From assembly GCF_022045235.1 (NCBI RefSeq), contig NW_027266343.1, positions 50,530,001-50,594,000 on the forward strand: 64,000 nucleotides of DNA, read 5' to 3'. This DNA comes from Haliotis cracherodii (lineage: Eukaryota). Shown here in pieces: positions 46,750 through 61,416 of this stretch (position 1 is the stretch's first letter; each line of letters opens with the position of its first letter). The notes beneath the pieces are model-generated. The model was not told the origin of the DNA and searched no databases. It was given only the letters and a program-made list of their open reading frames with translations. The translations under genes were made by a program, and so were the position numbers.

Positions 46750-49420
46750 TACCCACAGATGATATAAAGTTAGGGTTGTTTAGAAAAGTCGTATCCTAAT
46801 TAATGTTAGCATGCGTACAGTCCTTAGATAATACTGTTGGTAATTCACTGTAGCGGATGTCGTCATAGAAGGGACAATCAAGGAGAGTGTTGACGCAGAA
46901 TTTATAATAGCGCCTATCAGTTGGGATAGGCTGTTTACTGAATCTGTCAGTTTCAGCCTCTAGCTTCATAGAACCACAACAAAGAGGCGCGAGCAGATCT
47001 TTTGAAACGTGGGAAGGTTCACACCACAGCCTAGCTGATTCAACACAAAATTTCATTTGTGCGTCCAACCAGCCCATATCTCCCCTTGTGAGTAATACAT
47101 ACATGAAAAAGTAAGTGAGTTGGGTTTAACGCCGTTTTTAACAGTATTCCAGTTATCTCGCGGCGTGTCAGCTTCATGTGGGAGGAATGCCTGAAAGTCT
47201 CAGACGTTTACCACTTCGGTGAAACCCACGAGCACGAGTATGGTGCTGACAAACCTAGAAACATAATTGGGGCGAACCGGGATTCAAACGCACAATCATA
47301 CGTTTCTGGCGTGCCCAAGGGTCGCAATTGTGTACAGCGAATCGCGGCACATTAGACGACTGGGCCATTAGTGTCCCTTCCCCTCTTGTGGTTAAGCTTG
47401 GCGAGTTCCTAGAGACATCCAAGCAAATTCGCCAAGCTCTTCTCTGAATATTCTAAACTTATGTCACCACAATCAAAACTCCTGTCACACCGTGAAATGT
47501 GTTACTGCCTGAAATGCACAATGTTATTTGTAATGTTGGTCTAAACAGGAGCGGCCTTTCCTAAAGCTATCTTATTCGCATGTCATTTGCTTCTAAGTAC
47601 CTTCAAAGTATTTGGCTTATGATGCCAGCTTATACTTTGGAGGGGTTAGACAGGATACTGATTGGTCTGAAATTCCTGAGAGGTCCAATCTCCTCCCTGT
47701 TTCAGTATAGGTCCAATCTCCCCCCCTGTTTCAGTATAGGTCTAATCTTCCCCCTGTTTCAGTATAGGTCCAATCTCTCTCTCCCTCCCCCCCCCCCCCC
47801 CCTGTTTCATTATAGGTCTAATCTTCCCCCTGTTTCAGCATTGGTCCAATCTCCCCCCTGTTTCAGTATTGGTCCAATCTCCCCCTGTTTCAGTATAGGT
47901 CTAATCTTCCCCTGGTTCCAGATGCTTGGTATTTTTCAACTCTCAGAACTAGAAGAAATCAGCCGGTAGAGTAGGTCTACACATATTGTAGTTTTAAGAA
48001 CAATACTTGGTAAATTGTCAATCCTTCAGCTTTGTTAAAATTTTGCTCTACTGATGGCATGCTGTACTTCATCACTGTTGATGGGGCTGTTTAGTTGGGG
48101 GATGAAAGCGTTCGAGTTTTTCAGCTGTGAATACCTTGGAGATGCCGTCAACACCGTCGCAGTCGGGTGCAATATATAGTTTGGCATTGTCATGTACCTT
48201 CTGCTACAGCTGATATTGTCCCTTTGCTTTTCGCCATCATCTGTTAAATGTTTTTCTTTCACTACAAAATTCTTGATTTAGTTTCTGGTTTGCTTTTACA
48301 ATTCAGTCAAGTCTTTTCTTTCATTTCCACTGACGTAAAAAGATTATTCAGACTCATTCCAGTAGGCTTAGACTTTACATATTTTTATTTTGCCCTCCTT
48401 ATCGACCAGGTGAAGTAGGTTTCTCGGGAGTTAATCGAGTTCACAACAGCTATACAAGGTCTATATTCTTTTCTGCTAGAGATTTCTCCATGATTTTGAG
48501 TGACTATTGAAGGTTTCCTTCTGCGTTGTCATCTTTGAAGAAGTTGTTTGGAACGTTTGAAGTAATACATCTAAGCCCTCTGGATGTGCTGGTTGTGTCC
48601 GTATCTGCTGTTGTATCCACTTCCACTCGTATTGTCGAGGACACTGTGAACAGCTATCGAAGTCATGTACCAAGGTTGTCAAACGATGAACCTTGAGTCA
48701 GTGCAGAAGGAGAATTGTTCCTTTGAGATGATGACAGAATCAACAACTGAATTGCCTCTGTGTGAAACGTAGGTAATATCTTGTTGACCTAATCTACCGT
48801 AAAGCATACAGAGATTAGAGCTTGTGAGAAAGTCAAACAGAAGATCTCCATGTCCATGTTCCCTTTCATCTGTACCAGTTCTTGGTGACACGTGATCAAC
48901 ACCCGCTATGAAATCAGCGTTGTTACCATACCGTGTGTTAAGTCCCCTCACAAATATAGCCGACCTGTTTTGTTAAATGTACACACATGTTCGTGCAGCA
49001 TGCTGAAGAATTCCTCAGCGTCACGCGGTCGAGTTGATACACCCGGCGGTAGGTTTGTTGCTTGTTGTTTAACCCCGCACTCAGCAATATTCCAGCTATA
49101 TGACGGCGGACTATAAATAATCGAGTCTGGACTAGACAATCCAGTGACTGACATCATGACAGTGACGGATCGCCGGCGGTAGGTAACAGACACGGACACA
49201 TAATGTGCATAAGGAAAACTTGGAATTGACCTTGAGCCACGTGATATCATTAGTTGCTTCTTCAATAATCGACACATGAAACAGAATCAGGAATGTGTTT
49301 TTAATGAAGGCACCAACACCCCCGACCCCTTCCTCACAGATTCATGACGAGTTGACCTATTACGACCATACCATGTATAGTTTGTATTCAAGTTAAAACC
49401 TTATTACCTGTTAAAAATGA
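46750..49420 (-). mobile_element. Degraded non-LTR retrotransposon (APE endonuclease, RT start, C-terminal Cys region), with a family B SINE at 47110-47377 and a ~28-bp tandem repeat at 47690-47915
   Basis: LFDFL.SSNLCML.GR....ITYVSHRGNSVVD; LNSPINSDEVQHAI; LEAETDRF...RR...C...LLDCPFYDDIR. Confidence 0.7.
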
Positions 49421-49627
49421 TTCACAGGCAGCAAATCTGAGCTTTCTAGAACATTTCGTCTAAAAATAATCTCAGAGTCCAGTGACCTGTGTCACGAAAT
49501 ATATTCGCCCACAGAATAAAATCTCCCCCTGGCGAATTTATACCGGTACAATTCCGTCCCTCTCGAAATATACTCTCTCCCACCGTACGAAATAACACAC
49601 CCCCCCCCACCCACCCCTGAGTATCTC

Positions 49628-49665
<38 letters not shown>

Positions 49666-52439
49666 TCGTTTTATAAATACTTGCCTCCACATTCCGAAAG
49701 CCGAGTCGGGCACGCCCCTTATATGGAGTATTGATCTTGGTGGCCGAGTTCATTACTATTCTACCACCTCTGATGGATAATTCTTTATCTTGCCCAATTT
49801 CTTACAGGAGTGTTCTCATGTTGGCATCGGCCTTGCGGACATCAAGATGAAGGACATTCTCTATATAAACTTTCTGGTAAGTGGGCTGTCGGGTAGCCTA
49901 GTGGTTAAAGCGTTCGCCCTTCACGCCCGAAGACCCGGGTTCTATTCCCTACAAGGGTACAATTTGTGAAGCCCATTTCTAGTGTTCCCCGCCGTGTTAT
50001 TGCTGGAATATTGCTAAAAGCCGCGTAAAACCATACTCACTCACCCACTCACTCTGGTAAGACTTGTGATCAGCTAGGTTGCTTTTGGCCTTCATCATCT
50101 GAGACATCTGTTGAGGGTTTTGCACTGAAGCTATCACAACAACGGGGCACTTCCCTCTTCGTTCCTTGCGAGTTCATGGTAACGTATTTTAGTAAGAGCC
50201 CATCTCTGACGAGACTGACGACCTTACTTTTAGTTATACAGTTATTGTCTTTCTCTTTACTCTTCACTCAGGTTCTTGATCACAATGGGGGCGGTGGGGT
50301 AGCCTAGTAGTTAAAGCGTTCGCTCGTCACGCTGAAGGCCCGAGTTCGATTCTCCACATGCATACAACATGTGAAGCCCATTTCTGGTGTCTCCCACCGT
50401 GATATTGCTGGAACATTGCTAAAAGCGGTGTAAAACCATACTCACTCACTCACTTGATGACAATGGTCATAGGATTGGCATTGCTGGATTTGACCCCGGA
50501 TGTGTCCGAGCATCATCACACTTTGTACATCATCGATTAGAGAGTTGAGTTTCTTCATCTTTGTCTTGAATTCATTCCGCACCTATTGATTTCACAGTCA
50601 TTTGTGTTTTTAAGTTTTTCATCAAGAATCTTCCCCAGACCGAATTTCAATGACGCTTCAGTGCTGTTTCAAGCGTGGCCATTTTGTTTTTTACAACGTT
50701 GAACATGTCACACATGTCAGGCGATAAATAAACACAAGCCATGTGCCATAGCTCTAGCCTCGACCGGATAACGGTTTCTCTTTCCAATAGGATTAGATAC
50801 TTGGTGTGTGTCAACAGCTGAATCTGGAGAGTGCTTTCAACTTCATCATTACGATGCTTGTGACGTTGACTGTCATGGCGGCTGTCATGCACGATAGCTT
50901 CGTGTTGATTTATACCACAAAAGTCCTCCTTTCCTTCTTCATTATATTTTTACTTACTTTTATATCTCCCAATCTCTGTCGTTTCCGATCCTTAAGTTCT
51001 GTAGCATGTCAACCCGGGGACTGTTTGCATCTGTCATAGGAATTGGATTTACCGCCATGACTAACTACCAGGTTCGATCAGGAGAGATACAACTCTGAGC
51101 ATATTATATTATTTAACTTTTCATACTGATTTGCATTTTTCTTGACGTGAAATGAAAGCACATGCATTAAGTTGAATAAAGAAGAATTCCCACTTACCCA
51201 TTTTGCAATAGTAAGGAGAAGGCAATGCTTATTGTCATCGCGTATCAGCTTAAATCAATACACGGCCACATAACTAAAGCTGGACATGGATGTGTATATA
51301 GCAGGCGGTCTGGATTTGACTACTGGCCAGGAGACTCGACTATCTTTGTTCATAAAATCAGTATTTATATTTGTTGAAAAATATCATTTTAAGTCATAAA
51401 CACGGAGAGTCAAAGTTATTTTAAGCTTCTACCAGTTGGGCGACATTAGAAAGATAAGTAAATGTCAACAGGAAAGGAAGAAAAGTCATGGCATTGGAGT
51501 CGTGGCAGTGGGAGCAAGTCATCAGAACACGCGCGAAGAGCGAAATGACCAGCGGCATTAAGGAAATTGTTCTCACTCCACTTATTTGAGGAGGACAATA
51601 TTCTAAAAGTGGCATCAGGGTAGATCCCAGACTTCCGGTACTTTACACACCAAAGTAGGGTTATCAACCTCCACTGCTGGTACTGGGCTCACGCAATCGG
51701 CGGAAGACAGACAAATAGCACATAGAACGCCATTCCTTAGATTAATTGTTACCTTAAATCGTAATTTGTATGTGTAACATAAACCTGTATATGTCTCTGG
51801 CTAAAGTTATGTATATTACACAATGTTGGATAATGGAACACATTAACTGAAGTTACTAAAATAAAGGACATATATAACTCTATTCAGTACGACTTAATAA
51901 CCCTTCACAGCGACATAAGACATTATAAAGAATCCAGTCAATCCAATCCTATCCATCCATTATATACCACAGTTATTGTTTTTATGAACGAAGGGACCTA
52001 ACACATCCAGTCAACTGCAGCATTGTTAGTACTCATATGATAATGGTCATTTAAAACACCTGGTTGTACATTCATACATTTAAAGCCTGTTTTGTGGCCA
52101 ATGCTATTTGAGGGCGAGAGTTGACAGAACATATCTCTTGTATATATTTGTGTGTTATATCAGGAATTATTCTTGGGTCCCCAATAGTAAGGACAAATTA
52201 AAAGAAGATGATAATTACATGTTCTTGTTATTGGACATTTTCTATTGTACTTGTATGTTTGTAATTCTAATCATTAGATAACAATATTTACACATATGTA
52301 TTTTTATTAGAATATTGTGTTCCTTTTAAGCATTTGATCTTTTAACTTCTGTACATCACTATCGCACATAACAAACTTCAGGAAAACCTTCATTCCTTGA
52401 TCAGTGGGGCATTTGTCACTAACCGTGGTGATTCAAAGG

Positions 52440-52960
52440 TAATCTGAAGACAATATGTCAGATGCTCTACCAGTGAAATCGCCTTATCTGTTTCATGTTT
52501 AGATCTGTGCATGAAGAAAGACAAAAAAACTACCCACAAGGCTACACGACAAGAGGGATGCCTTCATTTTCCAATTGTCAAGTTTCCTTTCATGTCCAAC
52601 TATATTTCAGAAACTCCAGCCGTTGGTGTCGACATTTCACAGCTTTTGAGGTACAATCGGGTATGCTCTTTCGACCAAGATTTCAAAGAGTTTATACAAC
52701 TCTTTCTTAAATGTTGTTTGATCAAGGTTACGATATTTCAAAGAGCTCTTGCGAATCTTGCTCAAATATATATGTTGTTTGATCTGGGTCGCAACATTCA
52801 CGGCCTCAGCTTTGAAAAACATTTATGATTGACATGTGGAACATATTTCCGAATTTGACTCATCAGTGACAAAAATGGTGTCTGATGTAATCCTTATTAT
52901 TTTAATTAGTGCCATATGTTTCAGTGTTCTTTCAGGTGAAGAGTTCACTTGCCTTTGCAT
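52440..52960 (+). mobile_element. Penelope-like RT 3' fragment (related pieces at 56470-57110, 58260-58600, 58940-59340)
   Basis: FPIVKFPFMS...ISQLLRYNR.CS motifs; the related pieces overlap the 17900-19700 element in sequence. Confidence 0.65.
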
Positions 52961-54830
52961 GTGTGGGGCGTTAAGCCCATATGAGTCACTCCCTCGCTCT
53001 TGTTAGTGTGATCACGCTAAAACGTGAAAGGAACACGAGACATTAGATCTACATTCATTTGATTATTCCTCACAATAAATTGAATGTTAAAGTGTTATCT
53101 TCTGAAACTCGAAATCAAGTAAAATATGCTGCCGTGAGAAAGTTTAGCTGTCAACTGTCAATTGGGCTGACATTACAAATTTTCTCGAGTGAAAAATGTC
53201 TTGCATTTAAGAGTTTAACTTTTTCAGAGCCTTTGTGTGTTCAACTTTCCCATGTCTGAAAAAACTTTACTTCTAGTCGGTTACATTCGTACGGTTTGGC
53301 ACTCAAGTCTCTTGCTTTGTCAGTCCGAAGAAGTGAGGAGGGTAGTAAGCAATAGAAAGTCCGGTCTCTGGAGAGTAATATCGGTTGCGTGACATATATA
53401 ATAGCAGTAAATAGCTACACTGAGATCTTAGAAATGCATTGGACAACGAGAGTAATCTTCTCAAACCTGAAGTTCAGACCATCATCATGATTTTTTTCAC
53501 CTGTCACGTCAGTCGACCGCAGTGTAGGGGATGTAGTGCGATGAGTGGAGTGTTGGAGTGCTAGATGTGGCTGTAGACGGGGCCGGAGAGTAGGGAGTGG
53601 AGTGGGGCGAGGGCCACACTCTAATAATAACAGTTCTTGTGAAACCGCTAAGCATTACTTCACTGAACACAGAGCCTAATACAGCAGACAATGAGGAGGC
53701 ATTACGATTACCATACAAGCCTTCTCTTAAGGTACAAACCTCCTCTTAACAATTGTCACATTTATGGCGTAACATAATCTATCATAACTGATTTTACATT
53801 TCTTCGTAGCGTTAAAATCAAGGACACTGTGTCCTATAGAGTCTTCATCAATGGCATATATAGGGGCTCATTGTGTACTCGGGCAGTTATACTTTCTTAT
53901 TAACATCAGTTTGTTTCTGTTCGACTGTCTATGTTATTTAAGAAATAAACGACTCGTGGTGGTTGTTAATCGTGCAATAAAACACTGCAGAGAGACTAAA
54001 CCATGAGGTGCGCATTGATGTTGTGTAGTCATGTAATGATGTCACACATTAGTTCTGTGCCATTTGACACAATTAGGAGATCACATCATACCAATATCTG
54101 ATCAGCTGAATGATTTTCAAAATGGAACTGTTTAGTATAAATCGATCTGACATGGAAGTACATAACTATTCATCATTTAGTCTTTAGATATTTTGCTAAT
54201 GCTGTGATCAGCTCGCGGGTGTATTGTTTCATTCTGTCTTCATTCTTCTTTTAAATGGGGGTGGAGTGAGTGAGTGAGTGAGTATGGTTTTACGCCGCGT
54301 TTAGCAATATTCCAGCAATATCACGGCGGGGGACACAAGAAATTGGCTTCACACATTGTACCCATGCCGGGAATAAAACCTGGGTCTTCGGCGTTACGAG
54401 CGAAGGCTTTAACAACTAGGCTACCCGACCGCCCCATATAGGAATGGAAGACGTTGTGACAAGATAACACTGAGAATAGTCTAATGCAGTCTATATACCC
54501 ATGCAGTTCCTACTTCCCCATGATCTTAATTACCCAGAAGAGTGTACATATTCTCTATTGTGGAACATTTCATGTCAAAGGAGATTTTTCTAAATGTATC
54601 AAACCCTCCTTACCGATTTGCACTACACGTATAGATGACTGGAAATGAAAACAGCTTAATCAAGTGGGAATATTCACGGTTATGTTTTGCAATGAGTTAC
54701 GACTGAAGGTTAATTCGAACAGTATTTTCAGTTATATTACAGCATGTAAGCCTGATGTGAAGGAATACCACCAAACAAACTTCATTCTTTGATCAATGGG
54801 ACATTTGTTACTAAACGTGGTGTCCATATA

Positions 54831-56448
54831 TACTCTGTTGAGAAAAAAATAAGAAACGCAAAAGTAGTAAAATCGTAAATATCTGACAGAGTGTTGCCGA
54901 CATGTATACAAAATTAATGCCAAGAATGATTTGGTAATTTTTGCATGGACTTGGATTGATCTGTGTGGAAAAATGGTGGAAATGTGGTGAAAAGATGAAA
55001 CAAATCGCAAAAACAGAGCCACGTGAGAGCCTGACACCTAAACACACCAACTGACATGACATGACATGACATCACTTGTTGGGCTATAAAAACGTTGGGT
55101 TTTCAATTGCATGTCATCAAATCAGCAAACAGCGAACAGCGAACAGCAACTGAACTGCAAACAGGAGAATAATCGTTAGTTGAGGCAAGGTATTTCCACG
55201 TAGCACCAAGAGTCACTACAAAACCGCGAACCGTTATTAGACACACGTGACCTTCCAAGATCCTTTCGACTACGTATCATTACAAGAGCACAGAGCAGAT
55301 TCACACGGCTTGTCACCGAAGTGAAAGAACCACCACGGCCACCTCTACAACTACGGCAATCACAGGCAGTGAGGAACCGTTCACACGCTGAAGGTATTCG
55401 CGCTAGACGGCCAGTTAGAGGTGTCATTATGATTGACCTACATCATCGGCTGCGACGTCAATGGTGTCAGGTCACAGAGTATAGCTACAAGTGCAAGGGA
55501 GACATGTTTGGTTTAGTGATGAGTAACGTTGTATGCCTCGCCGTGCGGATGGTAGACGTCGTGTTTACAGGCGTTGCGTGGAACGTTATGCACGAAACTG
55601 CATAGAGGAAGTGGACAGATTTGCTGGTGGTAGGATTATGATGTGAGCAGACATCACCCACACTGGTAGAACAGACTTGGTGAAAGTACTGGGAAATATT
55701 ACGGCACATCATTACACGGATAAGTTTATTCGGCCACACGTTCTTCCCATTAAGCAACAAAGCAAACGTCATCATCCAACAAGGCAATGCCCGACCTCTC
55801 AGGGCAAGACCGACAACAGCCTTTTAAAGGAACGACAATATCTAGGTCCTGCCATGTCCCTCCAGGTCTCCAGATTTCAATGCAATCGAAAATTGATGGG
55901 ATGCACTGGATCAACGACTGCGACCACAATTCGGGTTTGTTTGTTTGTTGTTTAACGCCGCACTCAGGAATATTCCAGCTATATGACGGCGGTCTGTAAA
56001 TAATCGAGTCTGGACCAGACAATCCAGTAAATAATATCATGAGCATCGATCCACACAATTGGGATCGATGACATGCATTAACCAAGTCTGCGAGCCTGAC
56101 CATCCGATCCCGTTTGTCGCCTCTTACAACAAGCATAGTCGCCTTTTATGGCAAGCATGGGTTGCTGAAGACCTATTCTACCCCGGATCTTTACGGGTCC
56201 AATTCGGGATCTACGCGTCCATTGAAGGACGATGCCAGTCTAATGGTGGCCAAACTAGACTATGAGAACAGACGAATTCCCCTGGAAAATCTACTCTTCC
56301 ATGTGTGCCATATGGAACCTGGTTCAATGACAATGATGTGTGCCAATTTTGAACAATTACCATCTGCTGATTATTTTTATGATAATTAACATATACTGAT
56401 GACACATACATTTAAAAGTCACCTTTGCGTTTCTTCTTGTGCAGAGTA
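54831..56448 (+). mobile_element. Highly degraded Tc1 transposon carrying a family C SINE at 55935-56199
   Basis: TIRs tactctg...aagaaacgcaaa / tttgcgtttcttcttgtgcagagta with TA flanks; WFSDE*, QQGNARP, SPDFNAIEN motifs; SINE TSD caattcggg. Confidence 0.82.
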
Positions 56449-57369
56449 TATATACTTACATATCTATCTTTAGGGGTTCAGGACAATTGGTCCAAAATGA
56501 AAGCAAATACCATTTGAAATTTGCTGAGAAAACAATATGTGAAATGTGGGACTTTCTCACTGAAAACATCTATGTTACATTTTGGGATAAGGCATATAGG
56601 TAAAAGGAGGGGTCTCCATGGGCACCAATAGTGCTCCCCTTCTTGCTGATCTGTTTCTTAATGCATACGAATCGGAATGTCTGGTCGGCAAAGTCAAAAC
56701 AAGGTTCTTTAGCTAAGAAGTTTATGTTCAGCTTCAGGTATATCAATTATCTGATATCATTCAATAACCATTAAATAGCCCAATGGTTCTCCACTGACTT
56801 ATCCACCTGAACCAGCAACAAAGGAGACCACTGAGACCGCCCAATCTGTTCCATATTTAGATCTATGCATTACGATTTAGAGTGACAAAACAGTTTATTT
56901 CAAGGCTGCTTTACAAGAGGGGGACTTCAACTTTCAAATAGACAAGTTTTCTTTCATGTCGAACAATATTCCAGCAGCTTCAGCCATAGGATGTCCACAT
57001 GTCACAAATTTTGAGGTGCAATCGAGCATGCTCTTTCTACGAAGATTTCAAAGAGATCATACGACTCTTTCTTACATGGTGTTTAATCAAGGTTACAAGG
57101 TTTAGACATGGCCTGGTTATTACTGTTTACAAATTACTGTTTACAAATTGAAAATCTTGGAAGACTGATTTGGATGATAACGTTTATCACCTCGTGTTGA
57201 TATAATTGATATCCAAAGACATTCAGGTGACATTATCAGTATACAATGTATATCCAAAGCATAAAATGTTTAAAAATCGTTCATTCATCCACAAAACATT
57301 GGCAATTATCGTAAGAAGGGGAAATGAATACAACAAATAAAACCTAAAACAGAGCCACCTTGCTGTATT

Positions 57370-57710
57370 AGGTGGTGTGAAATGGAGTTTAACGTCGTGT
57401 CCAAGATAATTGCACTTATATAGCGCCGTGCCTGTACGTGTGTGTGTTTGTTTGGCTGCTTGTACTAGTCCGGACTGAAGCCGATACACTGAAATACCAT
57501 GCCACAGTTGAACATGAATACCACATTCAGACACGGCATACTGACTCCGAGCCGACCAGTCCTTGTTTATACCCTTAATGCCAATGCCCCTCCAGGGTAA
57601 CAACAAGTATCATCTTTTCAAGTCTTTTGGTATGACGTGACCGGGGATCGAACCCCGGACCTTCCGCTCTCCCAGCGGACGCTCTACCACTAGACCACGG
57701 AGCCGGCCCC
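57370..57710 (-). mobile_element. SINE family D
   Basis: Similarity to 43330-43683. Confidence 0.8.
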
Positions 57711-58221
57711 CTTGCTGTACTGCGGTGTGTCACATTGTACAGTTTATAAACAGACCGCACTGTACTGCAGGTAGGCAGGGATGCTGTTACAGATACGTTT
57801 AAAGATTTTGTAAATGTGATACCAGTTGTCGAAATTTCACTGACGCAAGACATCACGACTGATGCAAAAGTACCCACGACAAGAATGCCATTTATCTGCT
57901 GACGTCATCTCTACTCTACATACATCAACTCATCTACCCGTATTGAAGAAGAAAAATTAGTCTAAAATAACAACACCGGGAAAGCCTAATGCATATCAGT
58001 TACATTCAAAATAGAATCAAAATAACCAAGTGAATAGAAAACCGACGCTGAGATAGCTTGTTGAAATATTTCCCAGGAATGCGTCGCGTAAATGCAGCCC
58101 ATGATTAAGACTTACTGCTAAATCGAGGAACGTCTTTCTTCCTAAAGATCCTTCGAAAAACTTAAACAGTTTTATGACGTCACAGAAGAAAACAACACAT
58201 GAAAGCCATTGATTTACACCC

Positions 58222-58256
<35 letters not shown>

Positions 58257-61200
58257 AGCCAGAAATAAGACACCAGTGAAACCACCCCCCTCATCTGTTC
58301 CATGTTTAGATATAAATCCATTCGGAGTGACCAAATAAACTCCCTACAAGACTGTATGTCAAGACGAATGACTTCAACTTTCCAGTCGTCAGCTTTCCCT
58401 TTATTTCGAACAATATTCAAGGAGCACCAGCCGTCGGGATGTCTACATTCACAACTGTTGAGGTACATTCGAGCATGCGCTTTCTATATGGATAACATTT
58501 GCAAATGTGTCGCATCTGTGACCAAAATTATGTTCAATGCAATTTCTTAATTCTATTTGTAGCCCATGTTTTTTCAGGTTTACAATTGACTTGTCTTCGC
58601 AAGTATTTGTGACAGTTACTGTTGCTGATTTGATAGCAATTCATTAACAAATGATTATGATATTGTCGGAACCGGAAAGAGGTTTAAGCTGTGATTTTTT
58701 ATCACTAAGGAAATATTTTTGTCCGTGTCATTAATACGTTAATTATTTACCCATAATCACTGCATTTAGTTGTTTATGCATAAGATAAATTTTGTTAATG
58801 ATAATGGCTAAAGTTATGTACATTATATGTTAGATAATGGGACACATTCAAGTTTGTTACTAAAAAAAGGTCCATAAAAAGTATTAAAATGAAATGTTAA
58901 ACAATTGTATGACGTCAATGATGAACACAGAGCCTAAAAGCTATTGCTTTACCCGCCTGTGACAGAACTAAAAGAGACCAGTGAGACCTCATCATCTGTT
59001 TCCTGCATAAAGATTAAGAGTGACAATAGAACTCTCCACAATATTGTTTGACAAGAGAGATGACTTTCCAGTAGTCAACTTCCCTTTCAGTCGAACAATA
59101 TTTCAGCAGTGCCAGCCGTCGACATTTCGCGAGCTTTTGAGGTGCAATCGAGCATGCTCTTTTTATGTGGAGAACATTTGCAAATTTGTCTGCGAAGATT
59201 TCAAAGAGCTCCATACGACTTGCTTAAAAGTTGTTTGATCAGGGTCACAACGTTCAAGTGTGATGGTAGACTTGTGAGGAACATTTCCAAATTTGATGCA
59301 TCAGTGACAGAAATGATGTTCTATGCAATTCCCTATTTTGTCGCATTTGTTTATAAAGTAATTCTTTAACCTGAAATCACTACAATTAATCTGTGTGTAT
59401 TACTTAAACTTTGTAAATGTCAATGGCTTAGGTTATGTTTATTATATCTTAGATAGTGGAACACCCATAAACCTTAGTTACTAAAATATCGGGCATACAT
59501 GAAAAGCCTCGAAAATACCAAACGAACGTATGACGTCAAAGATCAAAACAGTATATTATAAACTTTGTGAATGTCGATGAATGAAATCATGTAAGTAGCA
59601 CACTGTTAGATAATGGAACACAATAGCTAATATAGCGGGCATATTTTAATCTAAACAGTTCTACATATTAAACCAATCACAGCGATATGGGCCAAATATA
59701 TAATCCAATCAATACTACATATGACTTCTATGTGAAGTCGCCTGGCGCTGTTAGATAATTAGGTAACTGTTTGATACAATAAGTTCTTACCCCGAGGCAA
59801 GGCTTCTTCCATGGAGGTACTATTCCCTACATACGCAGTTTGCATCAGGATATGACATGGTCGCCACATCCATTTCCCTACGTTTAATGACTATAGTAAT
59901 GCCTTACTAACCTGCCATTTGTAACGGAATTATTATGGAAAGAAAACTTCAGAAAACTCTGACGTTCATGGAATGCAAGAATCTGTCGTATTCCCTGTTT
60001 ATTATTTTGATCGACAAGGAGACGTGGTGCACTCGGCCAACATCAGCATGGATAGGAATGAAAGGGCCATTAATTTCCGTGACACAGGAAACAGGACAGG
60101 AAAAGATGCATATTACTGTAGGTTTGGTGGCTCATAGTTCATGCTAATTGCTTTGAAGTACCGGTGCATCTATATTGGTAACTTTGAAGGCCCGCTTTGC
60201 AGGCAGTTTTGTACAGACAAAACATATATAGGGATTTGGTATCATCAATACATCAATAGTAATACGGACACATTAAAGAATATATCGCCGAGTAGCTGAT
60301 AATTACGTTCAGCGCTATAAACTAGTGTTCTGAAAGGTTAGTTTGTATGTTAAAATTATAACATAAACACGCGCACTACATGGCCAATTTTTACGATGAA
60401 GCAAGTCAAGAATATATTTTCCTGGTTCAAGTAGCAAAACGTTGACTGGACGCGAATGCACGAACGGTGAATTAATGAACACATCGCATCAGGTCTGCAT
60501 GTCAATGTTTCTAGATCTCAGAGGAAATATTGTGATAAAACAGTTACACCTCTTCATTTATGTGCAATCAATGGACACGACACACCTGTGTGAAACAGAA
60601 GCAACCTATCAATTTATGCTCATCTTTCGTTAGAGTGAGTAAGTGAGTACAGGTTTACATCGCTTTTAGCAATATCCTATCAATATCGAGGCAGGGTCCA
60701 CCAGAAATAGCTTCACACATTGTACCCATGTGGGGAATCGAACCCGGGTCTTCGGCGTGACGAGCGAACGCTTTAACCACCAGGCTAAGCCATTGCCCAT
60801 CTTGTTTTAGAATGTGATGCCGTTAATACTACTTCTTTGTAACTTCAAATGTAACACTCGCTGCTTCGTGGTTGAAACATGGATGGATACGTCTTTCCAA
60901 ATATCATTTGAAACATATCCTCTCCGCTGTTTTTTTGTTTCAACTCAAAACAGCTGGACCATATAATACACGTTGAAAAATATCTGTGTCAAAGTTTATA
61001 TTAATATTTTATAAGTTACTGCATTTCCGTATGGTTAAGTCAAAAGAGATGATGCGTTCATACCTTCGATATGAAACTAATATTCCTTCGGCCCATATAG
61101 GTAGAGAACACTCTCCTTGAATAGAGGGTATTAAGCGCTCTTGGAAATGACATTTTTTCTGTAAAAAACTCGGCTTGATGATTTGCATATATATTTAAAA

Positions 61201-61416
61201 AATACACAACATTTTATATACATTTATGAACAAAACTACAATGATCTGTGCAACGTAAATCGTTCATTGTAGATACTTGATAGAAATCTAGTTGCTGATA
61301 TATATAATGCTGGCCTCCAGGACAATTGTGCCAACGATTTGGTGAAAGAAAGAGACATTCTTTTACAGTTTTACAAGCTTTCAATACATTTAATTTTTAC
61401 ATTGTAAAAGAGCATC

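Noticed and set aside
49598-49663. Long poly-C/G tracts (also about 10460, 36659, 58224) giving poly-Gly or poly-Pro ORFs
   Set aside because: Simple homopolymers with no coding evidence
59930-60220. Protein-like plus-strand stretch (VFPVYYFDRQGDVVHSANISMD...)
   Set aside because: Short and frameshifted, with no recognisable family or splice support
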